DNA of 64,000 nucleotides, from assembly GCA_003971905.1 (NCBI GenBank), contig RSEE01000067.1, forward strand, positions 124,001 to 188,000, in the 5' to 3' direction. The stretch is from Moniliella sp. 'wahieum' (lineage: Eukaryota). A model generated the notes under the pieces. It was given only the letters and a program-made list of their open reading frames with translations, searched no databases and was not told where the DNA came from. The translations under genes and the position numbers were made by a program. Within the stretch, counting starts at the first letter, position 1, and every line of letters begins with the position of its first letter. Positions 1 to 10,847 of the stretch are shown here, in pieces.

Positions 1-2858
1 TGTTCAAATCGCATATTCATCTAGGTGTCTTGCATTTACCCCAGTTTGTAGAAGCTCAGTGTGTTGAGCGAGGAGAATTGGCAAAACCCAGGGGCGCAAT
101 AATAAGAAACAGGAGAAACGTCTTGGCCGGCAGGCACGCCCATCCGACGTTTGCCACAACTTGAGCCCATCTAATTAGAAGGCAAAAGCCATCGCCAGCA
201 GGCCAGATAAGCGCAAGAAAAAAAACTCTATACTGCAACCATATCATTGACAGAGCTTAAGGCTGTGTGAGCCAAAGAAACGCTGCGCCTAAATCAACCC
301 GTTCATCCTGCGTGTGCTCCTTGTTAGCGCCAGCCCCGGAACCAGGAGAATTGCCAGGAGGTAAGTAACCTCTGGTGCCCGCCATCCGTTTACCAGAGGA
401 AGCATGTATGTGTGGGCACGGCTGAACGTGATAAAAACATCCGAGCGAGGGGCCATATCTCCGTTGAGAGTCAGTAGTCAACTCCTTCCAGTGCCCTAGC
501 ATCTTGCCCGCTGTCTTGGTGTGCTGTAGTTTACTGGCATGTCAAAACCAGGGGGAAAAACGGCTCTTGATGGGTGCGTCCCTGGTACTTGGCGTTCTTG
601 TCGCATTCTGCTTGCTCCAGCAGCCACAAGTAGCTCCTTCTCCGGCGTTCCAAAGGCGTCGCGGTGTGCTCTCATGTACCGCCTTACTACAACAGGACAT
701 GGAGAGGAGGAAAGGATGAGGATCATATTCATCGAGTGGAAAGAAAGAGAGGTATATATGCCTCGGAGAAGAAGAGACATGCGAGCTGATAAGTCACACG
801 GAGGGGAAGAGGGAACACAATCCAAAGGGAAAAAAAACAGGGTATAGAACAAATCAAGGGGGCCAGACAACTTGGTGACAAAACGAGATCTTATCCCGAC
901 ACTTATGGTAGGCGATCGGCGCCTGCTGCGTTCCTGAGTCGCGCAGCGGGTGGTCCACCTCCATTCCTGTGGTCCTCCGATTGCTCTAGGCCCCATCACG
1001 CGGTAGCAAGTACGTATGCAAATACTATACGAATTCGTTTTTGTTTGCATCTCCGGCATGTCACAAACAAAATGGGGCAAACAAGTAATTGTAATAAGGG
1101 TCCGAAGCGACAATGCATGGTGAAGGACGAAAGAGTGAAGAGCAAACAAACTATAGTAGTACAGCGGTAGATTGCATGTTATACTGCGAGGTTAACGTTT
1201 AACCGGGGCTTTTATAATAGCTGTTGACCTTTTAATGTGTGATGTGGCTGCAGTCAACCGTAAGAGTTTGTTGGGGGGGGGTCTCTAACTCTATAAGAGA
1301 GTTACTAAGATTATGAGAGAGGATGTATGCGTTTTGTAAGCCTATGTGGGGATTAGTCGGAGAGTGGGTTCAAAGTCGTGAAGCTTGAAGTGCGGGTATA
1401 TGCGATGTTGCTAAAACCCTAACCCGAGTAGCCGAGAGCAAAAAATGTCCGGAATCGAGAGAGTTCGTCTTTCTTTAACCGGGGTATTGACAACCCCTTC
1501 ATAAGAGACGGCCATTGGGGGGTTGTTGGCCCAGCAGGCCACGGGAACGTAGGTGCTGAGATGATTCTGTGTGGGAGCATGCCTTAATAGTGGGCTAAAT
1601 ACGTATGGAACAAGGGGGGGGGGCAGAAAAGAAAAGGGGCAGGATGCTAATAACAGCTTCAGTCCTCAACAAGCCTTTGTGGGAAAACTACTAACATATG
1701 TTTCGTCTCTCCACACCCATAGTCATTGGATTAAAACCGTCTCGCCACAGCCGGTGTTGAATATTGCGCACGTACAGTTGCAAAAGAGAAAGCTGCAAGG
1801 CATGAGGTGAAAGCAGCGTTGTGCCGTAGTATCTGTGCCCGGAAATACCGTCCATCCGTTCAGAGAGCAAAAGGGGGGAAGAGCGAGCTTAGCGCTTAGG
1901 ATTGATGTTGCTGATGGTGACGGTAGGTGAAAAGGATGAGAGATATACTCCATAGATACATCTCGGGCCGTCTCGGCGACAGGCCTCCTCTGATATCATA
2001 GTGTGGCACCTTCATGTCACCGGCTTCCTCGGCCCCTACTGGACCTAATCACTATTACTTACTATAGTCACTTGAAGCTTGAGACTAGTAGTCACTAGTC
2101 ACAATATGAATATTGACATGTGTGGGAGCAGCTGCATCTCAGTGTGCGTTACCTAACTGTGAACTTGAACGTGTGTGAACCTATGTGAACTCCGCAGTCT
2201 CGCAACCCGGCCAAACACTCAGTCATCGGTCATCAATCTCACCCCCAGTATGGCGCGGCTACTCTATAGCTCTATCATACTGTACTAGACCTTTTGTGCT
2301 ATGATATGCCACTCACATCTCATTATCTCAACTTCTCAAGCTTCAAGCTTCAAGGCCCGCCTACCACTCGCTGTACTCACTGCTCAAGACCCTATATCGT
2401 GTAGGCGTGCAGAGTAGGCACGGTGGTGCTCTCACCGGCTCACCGGCCGTCCCTAGCGTCACTATACAATCACATTAATCCCCGATACAAACAGTCGGCG
2501 CTTCGGGGGTGATCTTGGCGCGTGATATGTGCTCTTCGATGGTGGACCCTCCCTTGTAATCGCACACATCGCGTCAGCGCTCAGCCTGCCGGCAGAGAGC
2601 TTTCCTTACAAACGCAGCGCATCAATGCCATTCCACATGGTTCTCTTCTCCCTACGTCCTCCAAATACTTCAAAACTTCCTCAACCGCTTTGACATTTGA
2701 CACACCGTTGGTGAGAAGCATTCTGTTCTAGTTTTTTCCTCCTCTCACCGTCCTCCTTTTCTTCACAGCTACTCTTTTCCTCAACACCCGTTTATGTGTA
2801 TGTTCATCCAGCCAAGCAGGCCTAGCCTTAATCGCTGAGAGGAACAGCAGGTTAGCAT

Positions 2859-4698
2859 ATGGCTGCTATTCACTTGCCCACTGATGGCCCCAGCGAGAGC
2901 CTGGCGTCGAAGTTTGAGCCGGTGCGACCTTTGGGCGATGGATCATTTGGAACTGTTTTCCTGGCACGCCGGCTTCCCTCCAATGATCAAGCCGCCGAAC
3001 CCATGGTGGCAATCAAAAGAATGAAGCGCACCTACGAAACGTGGGAAGACTGCCTACGGCTGCGGGAGCTACGAGCGCTGCTCGCAATTCCGAGGCACCA
3101 GAATCTCGTTGCTCTTTTCGACGCTTTCCTTTCTTCTTCTCACCAACTCCACCTGGTATTCGAGTTGCTCGAAGGAACCCTGCTTCAATTTACCAAATCT
3201 CGCCGTGGACGTCCTATCGCACTGGGATTGATTCGAGAGATGTTTCGCCAAAGCCTGAGTGGACTGGGGCATCTCCACACCCATGGCTTTTTCCATCGCG
3301 ACATCAAGCCCGAAAATTTACTTATCACTACGACGGGACTGGAAGAGTACGATGGGGTCAATGGCACCGAGATGGATGTTAAGTTGGTGATCAAAATCGC
3401 TGACTTGGGGCTGGCACGCGAAGTGTTTTCCCCCCACCCTATTCGACCTATGTGTCCACCCGGTGGTACCGCGGGCCTGAGATGCTATTACACTCGACAA
3501 GGTATTCCCCTGCTGTCGACATCTGGGCATTAGCTGTAGTGATGGCTGAGGTGGTGAACCTCGCCCCTCTTCCCAGGAGCCAACGAGGCAGCGCAAATGG
3601 TGTTGATTTGCGAGACGCTTGGATCGCCTCTTGTCGATTGGGGAACGGACGATATGGGGAGGGTTCGCGGGGGAGGGCTCTGGTCCGATGCTGCTATTTT
3701 AGCGCAACAAATTCGCTTTTCCTTCCCCGCATTGCCTCCAATCGAGTTTGCCAGTTTGTTCGGGGCAAAAATCCCACGTGCCTTGGTGGGTTTGCTGCAG
3801 GATATGCTACGATACGACCCGCAGCGGAGACCATCAACACAAACGTGTCTTCTGTATCCGTTCTTCTGGAGCAGTGTTGGCGGCCCCAACTGGCTCTTTG
3901 AACCGAGGAAAGAGACGGCGTCTGAGAAAGCAGCCCTTCCCGGTCCACCCTCTTCCTTCGTCCCCTGCTGCGTATCTACCCCTTCGACACCGCTCCCGCC
4001 TCTCCCTGCCAACACCCATTCGACAGCCTCGCTCCCCCTTCAGCTTCACTTCCCACACTCTGACCTTGTTTCATCACAACCCCATTCCACCGCCTTGCTC
4101 CCTCAACCCGCTCCAAAGTTGCCAAGCACAGGTTCCAACACATCCCTCCCTGCCTACCCATCGACCGTAAGGGAGATCCTCAAACCTCGTTACCCTTCTA
4201 AGAACCCTTCTGTGCCGTACCACCTTTCCGAAGGGGGTGAGAAGGCCTCGCTCCCTTCTCCACAAGCGAGAAGAGGACCTGCGCCAATCCGCCTCGTCCA
4301 GTAGCCACTCTCCCCGCGGTCTGCCGTACCGCCGCGTAAGAGCGACGACCCTTGCTTCAGACTGGGTGGAACGAAGCCCGTTTCTTAAAGCTCCCTCTTC
4401 TTCCGCAGCAACCCTTCCCTGGCTATGTAACGTGTCCGTTCCCCCCTCGTCATCTACAGTGCCCAGCCCCGTTGGGCACGGAACGGCTTCTCAACGCGGC
4501 TCGAGTGACACGCCTCCTCTTCTTGACCCCTTGTTGGCGAGGATCGATCCCAACATGCTGATATCCCCTTTCAGCAATCTTTTCTTCCCGTGGATGAGGA
4601 ACGGCAGAAGCCAAGGGAGTGAGCGATACGAAATGATACCATCAGACGATTACCATTCATATTCAGCATGCTCCCTCAGCGCATCTACCAGTAGGTAG
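2859..4698 (+). CDS. IME2: Ime2/MAK/ICK-like (RCK family) Ser/Thr kinase, frameshifted in assembly; Pro/Ser-rich C-terminal tail, end uncertain (4304 or 4698)
   Basis: [60 protein letters not shown], spread over ORFs 2859-3533, 3452-3901 and 3597-4304. Confidence 0.85.
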
Positions 4699-5689
4699 GT
4701 CGTGATATGGCGCGTGTGGGATAAAAGATAATAGTAGAGCGCGAGAAGAGTATTGCCAAATGTCATGGTCCTCTTAGAAAGCCAGGTAAATCTTCTCACT
4801 GCTCTTCGCCGATCCTGTTCTCCTTTCCCCCACCGGTGCGCCATCCTTTGCTTAATTCCCTTAGTGGTACTTGGTGGTCTCACTCGTATTGCCCGACTCT
4901 TACACGAAATTCGGTAATTACTTCTTCAGTGTACAACATTCTAGTCTCTCTGTCATTTCTGTCCATCTGTGGCACCTGTGGGGAATGGGCGTGTGCACGC
5001 AACTTGTATGGTCAGTCATTTTATCATAAGAGCGAGTCATGATAGTCCCTTTAGAGAGTCCTTTCTTTTGCAGTGAATACATTAATGGCAAAAACAAAAC
5101 TCGTTATATGATGTGCGCAGAGTCTTCTCTGAGTACGTTGAGTGATGCTCATCTTGCAATGGACTGAAGCTACTAGTACTGAAGGGGGAGGATCATGACG
5201 CAGGGGAGGGGAGGAGAGGCAAGAGCGTGAGCGCCGGAACACATGCCCAGCTCTCAAAAGCGTCAGATATCGGATCTCAGATGATCGAGATCGATGATCA
5301 ATGATGCATGATGCATGATGCATGATGTGCTTGATGTGATGGGCACGTGATGCCCGGCCGAACCAGTCTTCGCGGGCTGACTAGTGACTAGGACTGCCGT
5401 ACAGTGCTGAGCCAGGCTCGGGGGCTGTGTACGTGTAGTTCAGCTGGCATGTGGCCAGTGGTTGAGAAGCGTACGAGACAGCGCGCAGTCTGCCTTTCTT
5501 CGCCCACCTTTCGTATTGCCCAAGGCCCAAGTCTACCAACAGACTTCTCTCCCTCCCCCCCCCGGTCGGCCCCTAACCCCTACTGTGGCCTTGCCTCTTC
5601 TCCCAAAGTTACTCTCCTCATTGTCTTCTCGCCGACTCCTTATGTTCTTAGTCGACCCCACAACACGATACGACAAAGGTCAACCGACG

Positions 5690-7267
5690 ATGTCTCATAC
5701 CCCGCCTCCTTCATGTGCCCATACGCCCGTACCCGTCCCGATCTCTCGGCCTCTCATGAAGAGTGGGATCGCTACTTCCGTGATCAAGAGATTTACCGTT
5801 GGCAACAAGAACAACTGGCCGCTCAGGCGGAGAACCAGCGTGACGCTCGCTTGGCCGAATACGAGATCGTGACAGAGGCACCGAAGCATGTCGCCGCTCT
5901 GATCTTCTACTTCTCTGGCGCAGATCCGTGGAAGTGTGCTCAGTGGATCGAGGGTCGAGACCTCGGTGACTGAACACTTGGCAGTTCTCGCTCCGGATGC
6001 TGAGAACGAGAGTTTCGTTCACCCGTCGCACGGCAAGGTGTGCACACGTGTGGCCATTGAGCGCTTGAGTGGCGATGCCTTGGCCGCTGTTGAGACGGCG
6101 GTGGCATTTCCACGCGGCTGGCAGTGCAGTGAAGGAAGTGCTTGAGACTTACTACCCCCCCAGCGTGGGTCTCGCCGAGCTGCGGGCGGCGATGAAGGAT
6201 AGCGCACACCGGTATGGTGGGCACCCACTTCTTGGTGCCGTTGGTCTCGCCATGCAGGATCTGGACCAGCTGGGCGCTTATCACGCCAACGATCTCACCC
6301 TCGAACTCGCTATCGTTCGGTCCATTGCCGATCGTTTCCCCAAGGATGGACAGTGGGCGGGGATGTTCGAACGCGCCATGGAGGACCGCACTGCCCAGGA
6401 AGCCCTGCTCTTCCTCCGGAATGAAGTGGTGCGGGCTCGCAAGAGCGTGGACGGTGCCCGTGGTGGACTGAATATTTGCCCTGGGTTACCACCACGGTCT
6501 TGACGTCGGATCCTGCTCAAGGCAAAAAGGGAAAGGGTAAGAACAGCGCGGCCCGCTCACCTGCAAGCAAGCTTCCTGAGGCCGCAATCACTTGGACACA
6601 GGTACGCCTCCCCGGTGGGGCGGTGGTGGTTGCTGTGGTCGATCCTTCAGCGGCGCAGGGGTCCATTTTGCGCGATATGCGCACCCGTCATGGACTCGTG
6701 ATTGACGTGTCGCATACCGAGCCCTTTGAGACTGCTTCGGCCCGGCATCAACTCCCTGCCCGCAGACGACACCGAAGGAAGGGGGACAGAAACAGGATCA
6801 ACCGAAGGCAGAGGCGGACAGGTCAAAGAGGGGAAGACGCAACGGAGACCGCGTCAACGTCCACATCCCCCCCAAGGCCAGCACCAGTCTCAGGAAGATC
6901 GCCCCCGGCAGCTGGACGGGGAACAGACCGCGGCAACGAGATCTGACCCGAACGGGGAGGCAAGTCGATGGGCGCGTGGGCGACGTAAGTCCCCAGGAAA
7001 TGGCAGTGAACGACCCCAGGCACTCAAACGTCCTGCAGCGTTTCCAGGACGTACGACGACTCAAGGTTCTCGCCTCGCAATGCGGTAGGGCCCCTTGACC
7101 GCCATCCGATCCCCCTTGGGCGACCCCGGCGCCACCATCGTAACGAGCATGTGGTCAGGGAACCTGGTACCGACTGACCGAGTCAAAGTATGGTTGAAGT
7201 TCCGTGTCGGGAGCGTCAGGCTCCGAGCCGTGGTGACCAGATATAGAGTAGGTACGATAACAACGTA
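5690..7267 (+). mobile_element. Gag-like plus retropepsin-like ORF (possible LTR-retrotransposon remnant or domesticated gag-pro); no RT/integrase/LTR seen
   Basis: FYFSGADPWKCAQWIE resembles the Gag capsid F-x-G-x-D...W motif, followed by a helical region; WTQVRLPGGAVVVAVVDPSA resembles the retropepsin (A/C)-(L/V)-(I/V)-D-(S/T)-G-A context; no introns seen. Confidence 0.4.
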
Positions 7268-7547
7268 GAGCACCTTATCGTTAACTGATCTCATCGACAT
7301 CGAGCATCCCATGTGGTGGCCTGGGCCCTCTGCCCTTGAGGCCTGAGGATAGACACAGGCGCCAGGCCCGATATCTCCAGCATCACACATCACCCGTCAC
7401 CGGCACGCAGGCCTTTCAGATAGGCGGCGTTAAACGAGAAACGCTTGCAACCCAAAGCCTAATACAGGTTGCAGGTGCTTGTAACAGCTTGTTGGCGTGC
7501 GGGTATCGAGGGCCACACCCCTCCCCTTCTTTCTCCTCCCACCAACG

Positions 7548-9269
7548 ATGGCGCCCTGCAAACAGTGCTGCTTGCTGCTGCCGTGCCAGGGCTGCCGCTG
7601 GACCTGCCACACGCCCCTCCCAGGCTCGCTGCCGTGCACCCCACCCCCCCGGCCCACCATGGGCTTCAATAACTGGGCTCGCTTCCAATGCGACTGTCCC
7701 AGTCGCTGTTTGAGCAGACAATGAGAGCTGGTAGGCACCGGCCTGCGCGACCACGGCTACACCCATGTCAACATCGACGACTGCTGGATGGAGCGGCAGC
7801 GTGACCCTCGTTCCAACGAGCTGCGGTGGAACACCACCTCTTCCCTCAGGGCTTGCCACATCTGGTCCACTATGCAAAGGAGCGAGGACTCACTCTCGGG
7901 ATTTATGAGGACGCAGGCACCCAGACGTGCGGGGGGTACCCTGGGTCGTTGGGATATGAAAGCCTGGATGCCAGCACGTTTGCCTCGTGTGTATTCTTCC
8001 AATCCTTTGCCGTTACCTGCCCGGTGTGAGTCGAGCAGCAGGCTGACCTACATGCAGAGGGGTGTGGATTTTGTCAAGCTGGACGGATGTCATGTCCCCA
8101 CCAGACAAGCCACGTCGGAAGCAAGTTACCACCAGCTGTATGCCCAGTGGCACAGTCTCTTAGCTTCCCCCCACTCGTTGGGGATGATCTTCTCCGAGTC
8201 AGCCCGCCTACTTTTGCTGTCGCGCCAACTTGACCGATTGGTTTAGTGTGATGGATTGGGTCCCGTATCACGGCCAGACGGCACGCCATTCGGACGACAT
8301 CAAAAATTTCGGGGTCAAGAAGGACTGGATACCTGGACGAGCGTGATGGACAATTATGAGAATCAGCTGCGGGTCGCTGTCTATGCCAACGCCCACCCCA
8401 CCTTTATCAACGACCCAGACTTCTCATCCCCGGCTGGGGGATGACATTGGAAGAGGAGAAAGCACAGTTTGCACTCTGGTGCCTGACCAAGAGCCCGCTT
8501 CTGCTCTCGGCCGACCTGGGGCGCTGACACCAGACCAAGTGGCCTATCTCAGTAATGATCGACTCATCTCTGTGGACCAAGATGCAGCGGGGAACAAGCC
8601 ACGCCAGTGCTGCGCAGCCCAGACTGGGATGTGCTGAGCAAGAGTCTGCAGAATGGCGATCGGGTTTTGCTCGTGCTCAACAAACGCCCACATCCCGCTA
8701 CCCTTCATCTCCCTGGGCGTACACTGGCGCCGAACGGGCACGTATCGCCTCACAGACCTGGACTGGCCACCAAGCTGATCACCATGGACCTTTGCACCTC
8801 CACCTCCCGCTCACGGCACCCACGTCCAGTTCGCCCCTGGGCTCGTCACGCCCACGGGGGCACTTCTGAATAGCAATTCCCTTACATGCTTGGCCAATGC
8901 GGCCGAGCTGTCCATGCGACCCTGCACTGGCACCCCTGAAGAAGTTGGACCTTTGCCCACGGTACCATTGCCCTCCTGGGTACGGACCAGTGTCTTACGA
9001 CAGCGGGGACGTCAGCCATACTGCGCACATGCGACGGGAGTGCACAGCAAAAGTGGACGTACACATCACAGGGCAGGGTGGTACACAATTCGGGCCAATG
9101 TCTGGTTGCTCCTGACCGCGGGGCCGGGCAGGTGAAGGTACAGCCGTGCGGAGGCGTGAGGGACGACGAGACGTTTAGCCTGCCAGTGGGCGTGAAAATC
9201 CAGGTGTGTGAAGTACCAAGGCATGAATCAGAAGGTGCAACAAATGTAACGTCGTCGATGCCACGCTGA
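7548..9269 (+). CDS. Secreted GH27 alpha-galactosidase/alpha-N-acetylgalactosaminidase (AglA-type) with C-terminal ricin-B (CBM13) lectin domain
   Basis: [53 protein letters not shown] (nucleophile), ARHSDDI, FINDPDF; C-terminal QKWTY/SGQCLV/VQPC lectin motifs; one intron at ~7990-8058. Confidence 0.85.
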
Positions 9270-9515
9270 GCAGATCTGAGTGGGGGGAGGTAGGCTACGT
9301 TGTGGGGGTCCCAAGTGCGCTGCTGCGTTCCAGGGCATGGCCGGGAGGGGCACTGGTGGCTGTCTGTCCAGAGAGGGTCAGATGTATTTGCCCCAGTCGG
9401 ACGATAGGAGGATGACATAATGCCCGCCAGGGAGGCTCGATACGGCTGACGTCATCTTGTCGCCGCCATAACGGTGCTGGGGCGGCTGGATGCTGCCGCG
9501 CCAGCTGGCCACCAC

Positions 9516-10748
9516 ATGCCCTCCTCCCCCTCCGCCCTCGCCGCCCCGGCCAGCGCCGCCCCGTCCCGGCATCCGCACTCGCGCTGGATGCGACCGAGTC
9601 AGACAAGCGCGTGCGCGAGTCGTACGCCAAGCTGGCCAAGATTGGCGAGGGTGCCTATGCCGCCGTCTTTCTCGGGCGGCATGAGCCGACGGGCGAGGCG
9701 GTGGCGATCAAGAAGATCAAGGTGGTCTCTGGTCATGACGGGCTGGACGTGACGGCGTTGCGGGAGATCAAGTTTCTTCGCGATCTGATCCATCCCAACA
9801 TTGTGCTGTTGCGCGATGTGTTCTCTTCTCCCGCGGCTGGCACGCCGGCGTTCAACATGGTCCTCGAGTTCCTCGGCGCCAGCTTGGAAGACATTATCCG
9901 TGACACCCAGACTACCATCACCCCGCCCGATACCAAGTCCTGGCTCGGCATGACATTACGTGGTGTCGCTTATTTGCACAGCCGCGGCGTGCTGCACCGC
10001 GACTTGAAACCCAACAACCTCCTCCTCTCGGCCCAGGGCGTGCTGAAAATTGCCGACTTTGGCTTGGCACGCGACGTGCCTGCCCCGTCCCCGGGAGCAC
10101 GGCCGATGAGTACCGAGGTGATCACACTCTGGTACCGCCCACCCGAGCTGTTGCTCGGGCGGGGTGGTACGGCGACCGGGTCGACATGTGGTCGGTGGGG
10201 TGCATCTTTGCCGAGCTACTCCTGCGCAAACCCTACTTGCCCGGCATGTCCGACATGCATCAATTCGAGCTCATCTGTCGCGCGCGCGGCATGCCGCGCG
10301 AAGCCACCTGGCCTGGACTCGGCAGTCTGCGCGGCTGGAAGGCCACTCGGCCGCGGTAGTGCAAGCGCTGGGCGAGAGCATTGCCCAGACCCCGCCCCCG
10401 CCTTTAGCTGGCACCTTTCTCGCGGCACGGGAAGAGGACTTATCGCTACTGGCGGGGTTGCTGGCGGTGAACCCGGCAGACCGCATCTCGGCGCAGGCGG
10501 CACTGGAGCATGCGTACTTTTCTGCCTGGCCCGCACCTACTCATCCATCCTTGTTGCCAGGCAAGCCGGGCGCGCCGGCAGTGCGCACCGGCGCCACAGC
10601 CCGGACACCGCAAATCGTAGGGCGCAAACGGTCCCAGGCTCCAGCTTCGCCTCGAACCCAACTGCCATCCCGCAAGCACGGTACTCTCTCCGCCCGGGAC
10701 CTGGCCGAACGACGACGAATCGCACGCAAGCTCGCGTTTGGGAATTGA
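9516..10748 (+). CDS. KIN28: TFIIH kinase Kin28/CDK7
   Basis: KIGEGAYAAV, VAIKKIK, DGLDVTALREIKFL, LHRDLKPNNLL, DFGLAR, MSTEVITLWYRPPELL, C-terminal ARKLAF. Confidence 0.85.
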
Positions 10749-10847
10749 TTCTTAACAGAAGAACACAAAAGAGGGGAAGGGGATCAGAAAGTCCGGTAGT
10801 AGCAGAGAGGAATGAATCGACAGGCAAGGGTGGGAAGCAGAAGCGAG

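Noticed and set aside
1410..1426. CTAAAACCCTAACCC as telomeric repeat
   Set aside because: Only about two imperfect units; not an array.
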